A stretch of 60,547 nt of DNA, the filler included, from Sphacelaria rigidula (Eukaryota): NCBI GenBank assembly GCA_964200075.2. It is 7 parts of 7 records of this genome, joined end to end, with 100 filler letters (N's around TTAATTAATTAA, not from the genome) between each part and the next. Parts side by side here need not be neighbours in the genome. Positions count along the whole stretch, not along the records: positions 1 to 8,564 come from CAXNAA020010763.1; positions 8,665 to 17,228 come from CAXNAA020010764.1; 5 more parts are not named here. One strand, given 5' to 3'. The position numbers were made by a program, and so were the translations under genes. The notes beneath the pieces were generated by a model. That model did no database searches. It was not told the DNA's origin and saw only the letters and a list, made by a program, of their open reading frames with translations. Positions 1 through 12,812 of the stretch are shown here, one piece after another (within the stretch, counting starts at the first letter, position 1; each line of letters starts with the position of its first letter).

Positions 1-1397
1 AATTTTTTTTTTCCCCCCCCCCCCGCCCAACGGGGGTTGTAATTTTTTTTTTGAGAACCCGCCCTTCCCCCCCCCCCCCCCCCCCCTCGCCCTTGCCCCC
101 TTCCCGTCAACCCCGAACCCCCGAACCCCTAATCTGACTCGTTTCTAGAGAGGAACCGAAGATGTGTCATTTGAGAATATAATGAAAGATTATCACGGAT
201 TTTACCTCGTCGAATGCGAATAATGATAGCCCAAACAGCGCCCGCCTCATCAAGAACATGTATTGACGTTTCCGAACTATGATTTTTTTATCCCAGGCAT
301 GAATTATCGTTTTTTTCGAGAAATGTTCCTTTGTGCAGCTTCGACGTGGTGCAGAAAATACAGTAACGTGCGCGGGATATCCCCTTCGCCGCATGCCCAT
401 CCAGGCCGGATCTTTCGGGGCCAGAGCACCTTCGTCGATTTACCGACGTCCGAAGTCCTGTGTCAGCATGTCAGTTCGACAGCACTTTAAATACACATTT
501 ACCATGGTCGTTTGGAAGAAGCCGGGGTCACATACTGTCACCAAGATTGTTGAGAATGATGATTGAGCGAACTAGTCTACGCGTAGCCTGATAGCTTCGA
601 CGTTGGGCCAGAAGCAAAGTCACGTGAAATCGGAGGCGCTGACTGTCTTGCGCCCAGTTGGGCAAAAAGCCCGATTGCCACCAAACGAAATGAGAAAACG
701 TGGGATCGATTCTCGGAGCCTTCAGCTTCTCCTTTGTATTATCGCTCATCGTCGAAAACGTGAAGAAGTAAGTAGACAACACACGGTTGACCGAGTTGCT
801 TGACAAAAACACGCGGTGCGGCGGTAGTGCTGACACAATCCGCGAAACGAAGATGTGGGGCGTTCACCGGACAGAGACGGGTTAGTTTGTCGAGATGAAG
901 GGCTTGTCCTCAGCAAAAAGAGAAGAAAGGGTAGAAGCGAAACAAGGAGATGAGCCGACACCTGCCCTCCCCTGCCTCCCGTCGTTTTTTCTTCGAGTAA
1001 TGATGATTTCACTTGATTTGGTCCGATTGGATCAGTTACACTGCAGGTTGAAACCTTGTTTGGTAGGGAGATGAGAAGCCGTACCGGTAACGACCCCGAG
1101 AACCAAGTTCCCCGGGGTATTTTTTTTCTGGAAGGGGCGGCGAGGTGTCTTTCATGTTCATCATTTCATGCGTTTGCCACGCGTCACACGGGCCTCGCTC
1201 TTACCGCTTCCATGAAGTTATTGTTCGCATGATAACTCGAGCACGATGTGTGTGTGGCGCGCCGCAAAACATGCGTTTGTCGTCCGTAGCTTGAAGTGTG
1301 AGTTCGTGCGCTGAACCGTGGGACGATGTCCCTGTGCGAAAATGTTGTCTCACGGGATCCCCATTTTTGTCGAAAATGCGTGCCATGATTGTATCAG

Positions 1398-1487
1398 GGA
1401 ATGGGAGGGCGCCACGGACCCGGGCACATGGGATACATGAACCCGATGGCCATGCAAGCGTCCCCTGATGGATCATCGATGGGTCAG
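1398..1487 (+). CDS. Internal exon of a Gly/Met/Gln-rich low-complexity protein (GMGGRHGPGHMGYMNPMAMQASPDGSSMGQ)
   Basis: CAG acceptor 1395-1397, CAG|GTAATT donor at 1488, 90 nt, phase 0; same composition as the next exon and joins it in frame. Confidence 0.75.
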
Positions 1488-1874
1488 GTAATTTTCATGC
1501 CGAACACAGTGAGATTTCACCCTACCCGTTCGTCGATTGCCACGGTTCCTTTTGTGGTTCGGATCACACGCTGCAGTCGGTCTGCCTAGTTATGTATCGC
1601 ACAGTTCGCTCTAGGGGGGGTAACGTTCATGAAGTCGTCCCATATGCCCAGATTTCATTCCAGGTGATGATTTCGGTCGCGCGCGAGTGCCATCCGTCGG
1701 TACAACCAGTTGCTGCCTGCAGTTCAAATCCGAATTTTTTGCGGCCTCAGGGAGGCGTTTCGAATACTGGGGTCTCGTGCGGCACACACCACTCTTGAAC
1801 TCAACTGTTATCGTACGCGCGTAGATCCATGCCGCACTCACTCACATGAGGACGTGCATGCTACGCGTACGCAG

Positions 1875-2423
1875 GCGATGATGGGACGCTACGGTATGCA
1901 AGTTCCGCCCGGTGGTCCCGCCGCTGCCGCACAACAGGCCGCTGCACAGCAAGCCGCCGCCGCGTATAACGCAGCACAGGTCGCCCACCAAAACAACTAC
2001 GGCATGATGCATCTCAACAACGCCATGGGCATGATGAGCATGGGTGGCCAGCAGCAGCAGCAGCAGCAGCAACAAGGCGGTGGCGCCGTAGGGAGGGCCG
2101 ACGGCACTGATGGAGCAGGGGGACCAGGGCAACAGGGGGGACATTTTGGGATTATGCCGGGGGTGGGAGGCGTGGGTGTCGGTGGTCCACGATCGTCCAT
2201 GATGCGGGGAGCGATGGGTGGTGTTGGTGGTGACCAGGGTGGTGTCCCGCCACCTCCACCTCAGGGCGGGGTTGGGATGCCACAGATGTTGTCACCGGCT
2301 GCGGGATACGGGGGGGGATCTGCCGGGGCAGGTACCGCTGGTGTCGGCGGCGTTGCTGGTGGGGGTGGTGCTGGCGGTGTTAATTCTGCTGGGACTGCGG
2401 GTACTGCCAGTACTTTCAAGTAA
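1875..2423 (+). CDS. Probable last coding exon of the same Gln/Gly/Met/Ala-rich (prion-like) protein
   Basis: GCAG acceptor ending 1874, phase 0; GC-rich open frame AMMGRYGMQVPPGG...QQQQQQQQQ...TASTFK*. TAA at 2421-2423 overlaps a possible GTAAG donor at 2420, so the gene might continue. Confidence 0.75.
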   Translation, partial: AMMGRYGMQVPPGGPAAAAQQAAAQQAAAAYNAAQVAHQNNYGMMHLNNAMGMMSMGGQQQQQQQQQGGGAVGRADGTDGAGGPGQQGGHFGIMPGVGGVGVGGPRSSMMRGAMGGVGGDQGGVPPPPPQGGVGMPQMLSPAAGYGGGSAGAGTAGVGGVAGGGGAGGVNSAGTAGTASTFK

Positions 2424-5400
2424 GGTAGGGTCATGTGGTCTGCGTGGTGCGAGGGTGGTTGATGTGGAAAATGTTGTGTGTACGCATTTCGTACTTGCGC
2501 TATTTTTTCCTCGTGTTGATGTCCCGTCCTACTGTCTCCGCGATGGATGTACATACGTCGTCCATGAAGTGGTGATTAGGGTAGAAATAAAACCAAGTGT
2601 CTCCATCGGTTGTACCGCTTCTTTCAGCGTATAAACTTGAATGGACTCTTTCATAACTGCGCTTTCGATACTTTTATGGCGGCTTCTTGGCGGAATACAG
2701 ACCCTGGCGGATTTGGCCTCCTCGCGAACATTTGCTACGTTTTTTTACACGGGTTCCTGCGCACTTTTCCAATTTTTGGTGCACCAGTTTTCCTCTTGAC
2801 CGGGTTCTGAAATTGTTTAGTCGCCGCAAAAATTGTCCAGTCGTCATGAGAAATACATGACTTTTCCCCCACAACTCGAAGGTCTCAGGACGACTAAAAA
2901 TATCCGAATTCGGCCAAAAGCATACTGGGCGTACGAAAAGTATGAAAGTGTGCCCTAACCCTCGGGAAAAACATGATTTTTTTTTCCCTACAGGTCGAAA
3001 TCCTCCAAGATCTGTGTATTTCGCCTACAAAGCGCGACCAATAGCTTTCAAAGGGCAGTTCTCAGAGAGTCTGTCTTCAGACTTCAGGAAGCGACCTTAC
3101 GAATATTATTTTTTTCGCAATATTTTCGCGTCAGAGAAACACTATATCGATGTGTCATGAACATACCATTCATAAATTGTGTTCAATCGCTCACCTCTGT
3201 GAGGCGTTTCGAGTTCGGAACTTCCTTTTGAAGCGGTGCTACCGTTCCACAACACATCTTCCAGTATGGTTTGCTGCTGGCGGAAGCTCTACTGCTCCGG
3301 TGGGCCTCATTCATTGCGTGTTTCCCCCCCGGTGATGTGACAAGCTCCCAAGAACAAATGGTGCGATACAGTCATTATCGCGTGGTATAATACAATGATT
3401 TGTTCTTGTCGTTTTCACTCGCCGTCTTCTCCCCGTCTCTTGGCGCTCCGCGACCGTATTTTACCCGTCTTACTTTTTCTTGTGACGTGTTTATCGCTGA
3501 TCATCATCGAACGCCGAAAATGCGGTCATCCACCAACACTCAAACCCTCGAAATCAGGCGTGGGTTACCCAGTCAAGGGAGGTACGAACCTATGCACGCT
3601 CAGTGGTGTCAGTGATGAGGCTAGAGATACCGCGATGCATGGGAATCTCGTGGAGGAGGGTTCCCGGGAGGGCAGGCCAATAACCACGGTCAACCACCAT
3701 GCGTTATTACGGGAGTGTAAAGACGAAGAACATACTGGTGGCGGAGATGGGGCGTGGGGAACAAGTTGGCCCATACTAGTGTAGGAGTAGCTGCAAAACT
3801 TGCTTGATAGACATCAGTGAGCTCGTCATTCGTTTTGGGATATTTTGCTGCCGCCCTCGGAGAGTGCGGGTCATGGTTGCCGGGTGTATCGTGTAGGTGT
3901 GGTTGGATATTTTTTCATCATGATTTGTTTGTTGATGAGGCAGCAACGAGCCAAGCTGAGGCGGATCGGACCGGCCTTTTTTAGCCCCCGTCTTCTACGC
4001 TCTCGTTCCCCTCCTGCGGAATTCGAAGTGACAATGGCATTTTTTTTTTCTTGTCTTAGTCGCCTTTTTCCTTGCTCTTTCTATTTGTTGAGAGATCTCG
4101 GGTAGGTCTTTGATACGTCGACCGGGTTTCACCCGTCGTCACCCCTTGATGGTCACAAGTGTTTTCCGTATCTTCAGGCTTGCAGTCCGCGGCAAAAAGT
4201 TCCAGCCTCCCCAGTTCAGCCACGTTTTAAAGAGGGCGGCCATCGATATCAAGTGCTGTGACTTTCATCCTTTGTGCGTCGTATTTCCGGCTCTTGGGCT
4301 TTTGATGTTAGACATTTTGGACCTGCCGCAAAAAAAAAAAAGCACTTTGTTACTTTTTCATTTCTTGTCGTTGTATGTTTCGTGTACTTTCACACAAGAG
4401 TACTTTTTTTCTCCCCCCATTCTTGAGGTTGTACTGCTTATTCAATGGTCATGTCGAGGAAACAAAGAGAATATCATCTCACGCTGATTCGGGTGGTCCT
4501 GATCCAACACGATTGGTCGTACTCTGACCTTCAACCCTGGGGCGAGGTGACGGTAGAGTAGATAATTGAGTACACTAAGGTGTGACCTAAATGTGTTTTC
4601 TCATCTTTCATGGTACGGTTCCGTCGACTATCGTGTACCTACGTGATCTACTCTGTCGGAGAGGGGATGAGGGGCATCACAGATTCGCATTAATATCCCC
4701 ACGAGTCGATCAAAGGTTCTTGCGTCATGTGTCGTTTTTCACTCTCCGCGCAGGGGTGGTCATGCCCCAGTTGATGTGCGTTGAGATTTCGCGGGCCTCT
4801 GTGACTCGAGGGAAGGAAAAAGCATGAGAGAAACTGTTGGTTGACGCACTGCAATTAAGAAGGCACGGTGCATGTACGTGTATTGTGAAAACGGTGAAAA
4901 TAAAAGTATGCGGCGTCATGATCAAGGATGAGGAGGCACGCCACCCAGCGAAGCCGGTCATCTTGTCTCGATTATTACATGAAGGTTTGGAACCTCGCAG
5001 TGGTGTGGATGATCCCATATTTCCCCGGTTTCGCAGATGATGGGAGTGAGTCTGTTACTTCGTGAATCTTGGTCTGGAGTGCTGGATGCGTCATACATTT
5101 TTACTGCGTCCATAGGATTTGTTGGATATGCCATATGCAACAGTGAGTGTCTGTGTTGTACTTGTGTGTAGGTATGTGAAAGTGTGTCGACGTTGGGTCA
5201 TTTTTCCCCCCTCCATTCACCTCCTGACCGTCGTTGCATCATCAAACGTGGACCAGTGACTGTTGCTTTCCAACTCTCCGCCCCCCTTCTCGCGCGCGCG
5301 GTAGTATGTAAACGGCCTTCGGGGCATGGAACAGTGCACACTAGTAGTGCTGTCTTTCATGGCGCGTTTTTGTGGCTCCCCACTTTTCCCTCATTCATCT

Positions 5401-8400
5401 GCCTCTTTGTGTCCGTATATGTCGGCGTTTGCTGGTCAGTATCAAATATCGCGAAACTTCGGGTATGAGTTAGATGTTGAAATTTCTGACAAAGGCAACG
5501 AAAACCTTTCCTGGGTTTGTCCCTTGTTGTGATTCAGAGTTCCCTCGCTATCATCACTCGCGACGCCCGGCGCTCAAGTGTGTTGAGCAAGTATTTTAGA
5601 AACGATGATTGTTACGCTTTATTCACGGGCATATCTTGTCTCGTGGTGTGACACCATGCTTCACATCGCGTGAGGGAAGAGGAAAGTACCTGACGAATGT
5701 ATCAGTAATTGGTTGTGGGTACAGTACCGCAGGATTCTACGAGAGAGGCCCAGAGAAGACGAGGGTATCAGAAGAACGGGTTACGGAGCATTTCACATGG
5801 CGAATGGTCGCTTCTTCGTGACTGGTGGCTGTCAACGGGGGAAATATGTTACATGACGATGGAAGACACGACCTGTCTCGTGGTGATGGTTATAAGGGTG
5901 TTGTGTGGCGGAACCTTACATCAGGGAGAGTGGTTGTGCCGATGCTTGTTTCCCGTTGAACGCAAGGAAGGAGGGGGTTCAAAATGGCAGGTTGACGCCT
6001 TCCTGTTCAGGTTGGTAGCTCGGATTAGCTCTCCTGTGTGGTGCGCGTTTGGTTTTGTATCCCTTGCGCAATGACCATTCAGGAGCACTTCCGCATTCTT
6101 TTCAGGGTGAAATGATAAGGTACGGCTCGGGGCTACAACAATCAGATTCGTTTTGTTCTTGGGTCGGGTAGGATGAGTGAATGTGTAAGCGACTTTCTGT
6201 AAGTGTGTTTCTCGTATGAACAAAAAAATGGAGAAAAGTGATGACACAATTAATTACAAATACGGAGAGATGATTGTGACACTGTCGTCCCGTATAAGTT
6301 CTACTTATTACTATGTCAATTTGGTAGATTGATCTCGAATCAAAGTTATGGGTACATGGGCGGTTGACATCAGTTGCCGCTTTATGGTTGAAGCCGCTGT
6401 CATTGTGCGTTCCCCCGCGAAGAGATTCATCTCCATATCGTGTGGGGATTATGTGGATGGTGAGAGTATCAATGCCGCGCGAGTAATAGGCGAGCAAGGC
6501 GGCAGCAGGAAGTCATGATAGATGTTGCGACGAGTCGGACTTCCAGACTATGATGAAACGACGAGGTCGGTTCTTGTTTCGATCGTCCGGTTTTGCGACG
6601 TTTTGTTCGGTGCTCTAGCTAGTTGATGACTCGGGCTTCGGGTGTGTCTAAACATGGGAAGGAAGTGCACCCACCCGAGGATGACTTTACGGACACATGA
6701 TTAGGTTCAGCAAGCAAGCAAAGATAGGTAAAATGTGCTCTAAACTACAGCGAACTAGGAGATTTATTTGAACGTTGGGGTCAGCGGAAGGAGAGAGGGA
6801 TTCTGCTGCATTTATAGTGTATCGTTGGTGGTCGTCTGGTTTCAGTCAGCTACTGTACCTATTTCTACTTACCCTCGATACAGGCACGAAAGCACGACAC
6901 GGGTAGAGTAGGTAGGTGCGAATGCGATTCTGTTGGGGGCGTGGGGGCTAGGGGGGTGACGGGACGTCAATACATTTACGATCTTGGGTGGCATCATTAC
7001 ATTCGCGTTTTGTACTTGGCGCGTTGCGCTAAATGCGTGTCGATTTACATATCATGGAAGAATCATCCCACGTATAATGAACCTGTGTATGTGTTGTGTA
7101 TGTTGGCATCCTATCAGTGTAACTTCTGTCACCATCGGTCGTTCATCTGTAACAGTGATCAACAAGCGAGTGGGTTGCACGACGAGATGGATGATACCGT
7201 ATGAGTCGCCTGTGACTTTGGAGATGATCCACCCCCTCCTCGTTCCCTGTTCTCGATAAGTGAGGAACACAGTTGTACGCTGAGTTGTGGAAAATAGGTA
7301 CTTGAGCATGATCGACCATCCTACTCCCTACATGACCTACATGAAGTCCTTCTTGATCGCAGGTTGATTGGTATGATCATGTCCTCCGACACGCCCCGTG
7401 CCGAATGCAGAGTTGAAACCCGTTGAAGGGAAAAAACGCAGACATGTTGGAGGTGAACGCTCCACCGCGAGTTGAAGCATATCACTCGCTTTGGTGGTCG
7501 CGGGGGTTTGCCCCGAGTGCCCTAAAGAAGAGCTTGCCCTACGACCGGACAGGGAGGGGGAGCCGAACTTCTGTTACCTGTGGCGCGCCCTCCAACAGGC
7601 CTGATGGCGCCAGAGGGAAGGCTTACCATCAGACTTTGAGGAGACATTTTGAAAAATTAAGTCGAACCGGAAGATGAGGTCTAACACCGGAACAGTTCTC
7701 TCCCTGACCTGAAGCCATGGCAAATAAATTTCATATAGATGGGCGATCTCGTGCTCCCCGACCTCCCCCAAACTGTTCGGCGTTTCAACAGCTTTTCTCC
7801 GAGATCGAGAATAGAGGATACGATTGAAAGTGGAAAGCGATTGATGATTGAATTTTCAGTTTCAGTTCCGAAATCTCCTCCACGAGACTCGCTTTCTGCA
7901 TTTTCTTGCCGCTTACGCGCGTGATACCTCTGAGTAGGATATCGATGTGTAGCTGTAAGCACGCGCCAGTGCAACCATTGAAGAACAGTACCCAGAGAAA
8001 TTGGTCAAGTTGAAGCCAATGATCAAACCCACTCTCCATCAACGCTCTACTCTCAATCTCACGAAGACGTTGTTTCTCCTGTTTTCTGTTCCGCTGCAGG
8101 GTGAAAGAGCGAAAGCACTTTTTTGCCCCGATTTTCGAGTGAAGGAAAGGACGCTTTTCAGTCCGGAAAATGGTGGTTTCGCACATACACTTGGACGGGA
8201 ACTGATGAAAGAAAAACTCGGAATGTGCAGTTTCGCGGAGGCATGAGGTCGTGCCTTGGGTCCGGGAAAGCACTGCTTTAGAGTTGAATCTCATTCTAAT
8301 ATTCAACGGTATTTTCTAAAAATAATGTATTATTTGGGAAATGGAGACGAAGGAGGTGAAAATATGCTTCACCCTTACATGGTGCACACCTCTGCTGCAT

Positions 8401-8564
8401 CTAGAAACAACGGATAATTTTCGAGAAAATCTCTTTTGCATCGTTGTCGTGGTCTGATAACGAGGTGATACTGGCTTAACTCTCACAGGACATGCTAGGC
8501 CAGGGGTGACACGAGGTCTGATGCTGGCTATTGTTAACAGATGCAGTCGAGAGGAATGACCCCT

Positions 8565-8664
8565 NNNNNNNNNNNNNNNNNNNNNNNNNNNNNNNNNNNN
8601 NNNNNNNNTTAATTAATTAANNNNNNNNNNNNNNNNNNNNNNNNNNNNNNNNNNNNNNNNNNNN
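8565..8664. other. Artificial contig spacer (44N-TTAATTAATTAA-44N); also at 17229-17328, 25893-25992, 34557-34656, 43221-43320, 51885-51984
   Basis: Six identical 100-nt linkers at exact 8664-bp spacing; the core gives stops in all frames. Confidence 0.98.
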
Positions 8665-8961
8665 TCGCTCCCGCCGGTTCCCGCGGACAAAAACTATTTT
8701 TTCTCCTTTTGTTTTCGCGACCCCGCCCCCAAAAACCCCCCCCCCCCCCCCCCCCCGCCGAATGACGTGCGTGAAACTTTCGGAGCAAAAACGGTTAAAA
8801 CGGTGTGTTTTGCTGTTTTCGCGTTTCTGGCGATATTTCGTACCTTTCTTGAGCAAAAAACGAGAAGGTATAACTTTTCTGGCCCATTGCCTCTTTTGTT
8901 GTAGATGTATTTCACGTGTCACCCCGTAAGCTCGTAGGATATTACAGAAATGATTGTGCTG

Positions 8962-9295
8962 CCATGGTTTGTCACGCAGTTGTACAGAAGTGAACTGTAT
9001 CAACGTAACTAGGTCACGCCGCAACTTACAGTATATCTAGTTTGAGAGCTGGCAAGACTGCCACGTCAGAGTTGAATCAAGGATACGACTTGGGCTCACG
9101 TACGTGCATGGACTTTGGTTTCATGCTCCAGAATAGAGGATGGTTGGACTCGATCACCTCGACCCCCAATGCAATCACTCTCCTTCATTCCCTTCACCTC
9201 TCTGCTTCGAGAAGAGACTGTGTTTTTAATTTTGTGTTGAGCGCATAAGAGCTTGTTAAACTATGTGTCGTATTTCTTCTGCTGCAGCAGAAGCA
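8962..9295 (+). repeat. About 330-bp direct repeat, copy 1
   Basis: Colinear with 12482-12812, e.g. gtaactaggtcacg, gcaagactgccacgtcagagttgaatc, tcacctcgacccccaatgcaat. Confidence 0.92.
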
Positions 9296-9637
9296 AGACC
9301 TCATCCCTCGAGAAGCGGCACCGTGCTGTACCAGAAGCGTTCACAGGCTAAGACGCAACACGGAGAGGAGACGTATATTCCCGACGCCGAAATGAAGATA
9401 CGTTGCGGGTATCTGCACAGTATGCGTTCTCGATCTCGCATTCCGTAGGATAGGCTGAAGATCAGTCGTGTCAAGCGTTCCACAGCCGGTCACCCGCTCC
9501 AGTCGCCATTACGTATTCCTGGTGTGCCGTAGGGCTATCGAGGAGTTCATATGTTCGTGCCTACATCCTATGACATTCCCCTGCACGTATGCACCGTTGG
9601 TTGTCATCAGCGAGCTGCACGAATATAGTGGTCGCAG

Positions 9638-10900
9638 GAGCCGAAGACCTTTTGTCGGGGACGTACTACATAGATGCAGATTCGGGCGACTACCTTCGGT
9701 ACGGTGGTGTCACTATCTACGCCGTCGGAAAGTATTCCAATGGCGCTTGGTATTTGGGACAAGGAAGCTCTGCGTGGTGGGCCAGCAGGAGCTACCCCCA
9801 CTACTACGTGAGCCCATGTATACACCGGCGGTGATTGAACGTCGCCGTATGTCCGCCCGTACGCGCGCTCAAGCAGACGTTGCTGCCTCAGGGCGCACTC
9901 TCTTGGATCACTCAGGGTGTCGACTCTCTACTCGTTTTCGTTTTTGATGTATGGTGTGGATCATTTGATGCAGAAAGTGCAGCTGATGGTAAACAGCAGC
10001 AGGATTGCGCCGCACTTTTGCGCGTATCTTGTTGATTGTCATGTGCACCACTGTGGGGCAGCGTTTCGAGAAGCTCGTGTTGTACCCCACATTCAGAAGT
10101 CAAGACGGTGTGTAGTACGGTGCATTCGAGCGAATCTCGTCAGCGCTCCCAAGGGGAGGAAACGAGAGTGGCCAGGAGATCATCTCTCCCATGTTCTTGC
10201 TTGCGATGCTCATTAGATGATCATGCATTTCTGACGTGCTCCCTGTCACTAATGGTCGACGCATCCGAATGCGATACTACAAAGAGTCAACACAACAGAC
10301 CGCCCCACTCTTTCTTGTGCCGCGTCGCAGGTGTACGACAAGGTCGAACATCCTGTTGATATAACGGAGGAATGGCAGCTTGTGTCGTCCGCAACCGCGA
10401 CGGGGTCCGCGCCCACGTCCTACTCCATCACGTGCGAAGGTGGGTATCGGCCTGTTGCCTTGACGCCTGTGCTTGCGTGTGATGCGTCGTACAGGGAGTT
10501 AGGTCTCGCTAGAATGCATGCATGTATCTGTGAACGCGCGATGTTCATACTCAAGAATACGTTTTCGTGTTGAGGCCATTCCCTGACAAGGTAGGGCGCT
10601 GATGTGGCCCGACTCGGGTGATCTGCCGCCGGCCGTGCGAGATTCCTTCGCTTTTTCACGTGCACTCGCGGTTTGTGTCGCTCCGCGTCGTCTTCGTTGT
10701 ATCTGGAATCGTTGAACTTTACGCTGGCGAGGGAACTTGTGGATGTCACAGAAAGCGTGCAATATGACACTCTACGCACCGCCGTACCTGTTGACGCCCC
10801 GATGTTCCGTACCCTCTTTTTCATTGCCGGGATCGCGTTGCCTGCAGACACGAGCACCGTGGAGACTCCTACAGCATGTGAGATCGAATTCTGTGACTGA
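9638..10900 (+). CDS. Spliced gene or pseudogene fragment of unknown function; exons 9638-9807, 10331-10439, 10848-10900
   Basis: AG/GT boundaries with matching phases (0 then 1) give GAEDLLSGTYYIDADSGDY...AWYLGQGSSAWWASRSYPHYY/VYDKVEHPVDITEEWQLV...YSITCE/DTSTVETPTACEIEFCD*; 5' exons not resolved. Confidence 0.6.
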
Positions 10901-11819
10901 TGGTACTTGTACGTAACTAGTGGCAGGCAAGTTGGAGTGAGAAATTGTTCATGTGATGTCACTCGTGTCCCACAAATCGCCGAGTTAGGTGTAAGGGCTG
11001 GTTTTTCTAGGTGTGTGTGGATATGTTTGCATGGGACAAAACGCCCAAGGTGAGTCAGTTCGAGACGCGAACATGAAGTGTTGTACAGCTGGCGCTCCCT
11101 CTTATCTCACAGTCGGCGTGTTTTGGGGTAAACATAGCCTGATGAAGCGATCAGTTCATTCTGGTCTAGAGTCCACCATGAGGTCGGTTTAGCCTTCATA
11201 TGACCGTCACTAGGATCTGTTCGGCCTGATGAAGGTCGGTCTTTGTACTCAGCATGATTGATGTCAATGTGCTGGCGGGAAGATCGTCCGCGTCGGCATG
11301 ACATGTTCTATCCCACTTGTCGAACGCCAGGCCGTGTCTTATTGGGATGAAAAAATGCAAATGCCAACATCTGCCTTTGACGCCCAACAAAATAACTTCG
11401 GAGGTGACTTCTGGTCTCTGGAATGTCATCCCTGCAAAGTGTTTGTAAGCTTTATCACGATCGGTTGGGCCGTTCAAAACTCCGAACTACTTTTCAAGGG
11501 AAATACAAGTACGGCGCAGTAGCTCCGCTGTTTTCATAGTGACATCCCCATCACACGCGCCGTCCGGCGTCACATGAGAGGGAAGTTCAGACACGTCGGA
11601 CGAATCAAGATTCGTGCGAGTTGCGTCGTTACGAGTGTTGACTGAGGTTCATGTGCCAAAAAGTCACCGTGTACGAACCACAGACGAGAGAAACATGCGT
11701 TCTAACTAGAAGCACATGAATCACGAACTGTGTCCGCTCAGACAGTGTGAGACGAAAAAAGAGTACAAAACATGTACGAGTCACACCTGTGTTCGAATCA
11801 CTTGTTAGAAAAATATCTA

Positions 11820-12095
11820 CTTGATCCATCCTGCACGAATTGCCGGTGGGAAATACGTACGCATGATTCACGCCGTGTGAACGACACATGGGAAACATGC
11901 AAGCTTGATCCATGCCGTACGAGCAGCAGGTAGGAAACATGTATGCACGGTTCACGCCGTCTGGATGACAACTGGGAAACATGCGAGCTTGATTAATGCC
12001 GTATGAATGGAAGTTGAGAAGACATACCCTCGATCCATGCCGTATGTATGGCAGGTGAAAATGATGTACAGTGGATTCATACCATATGAATCACC
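11820..12095. repeat. 42-bp tandem minisatellite, about 6-7 diverged units
   Basis: Recurring gat(c/t)ca(t/c)gccgt....gggaaacatg at 42-nt period. Confidence 0.85.
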
Positions 12096-12481
12096 TCTGC
12101 GAAGCGAGAACGAAGTCTCGTTGTCGCCGGAATTGTACGATTTGATTTGAGAAAAAAGCGCACCTCCCACGCATGATTGGCGATCTAGAATCTTGGCGCC
12201 TGAACCCTTTGGTTTCAAGGTATGTCATCCGTCCAAGCGGCATTAATTCCACTCGAAAATGAAGATGACCCAGATATCCCAACTTGCGGTCAGAGGAGTA
12301 ACCCGTGGTTGCCAGTGTGGGTTTTCTGGGTCATTTTTTCTCATGCCAGCATGATGCTGATTTGACGGGTGGCCTCCTCAAACGGTCAAAGGGTTGAACT
12401 CAGCCACTCGTCCCTAACGGTCCATCAGGCCCGTCTACTGCTGACGAATATAAAAAAATAATGCAATTATGCATCATCAGT

Positions 12482-12812
12482 CGTGGTTTGTTACACAGTG
12501 GTACAGTGCTGTACTGTAGCAAGGTAACTAGGTCACGTAGCTTGCAGTATATCTAGTCTGAGAGCTAGCAAGACTGCCACGTCAGAGTTGAATCGAGGAT
12601 ACGATTTGGGCTCACGTACGTGGATGGACTTTCGTTTCATGCTCCAGGATAGAAGATGGTTGTCCTCGGTCACCTCGACCCCCAATGCAATACCCCCCCT
12701 TCGTTCTCATCAGCTCTCTGCTTTGAGAAGAGATTGTGCTTTACATTTTGTGTTGGACGCATGAGAGATCGTTAAAACCATCAGTCTATTTTTCTTCTTC
12801 TGCTGCAGAAGC
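12482..12812 (+). repeat. About 330-bp direct repeat, copy 2
   Basis: Colinear with 8962-9295. Confidence 0.92.

Noticed and set aside
2600-8560. Many short ORFs in contig 1
   Set aside because: No recognisable motifs or consistent splice chain; likely UTR, intron or intergenic DNA with decayed repeats
11820-12095. CRISPR-like appearance of the short tandem arrays (also 21925-22440 and 52717-53031)
   Set aside because: Whole units are homologous, with no unique spacers and no cas genes; eukaryotic context
8962-12812. LTR pair of a retrotransposon
   Set aside because: No TG...CA termini, PBS, PPT or retroelement coding sequence between the copies
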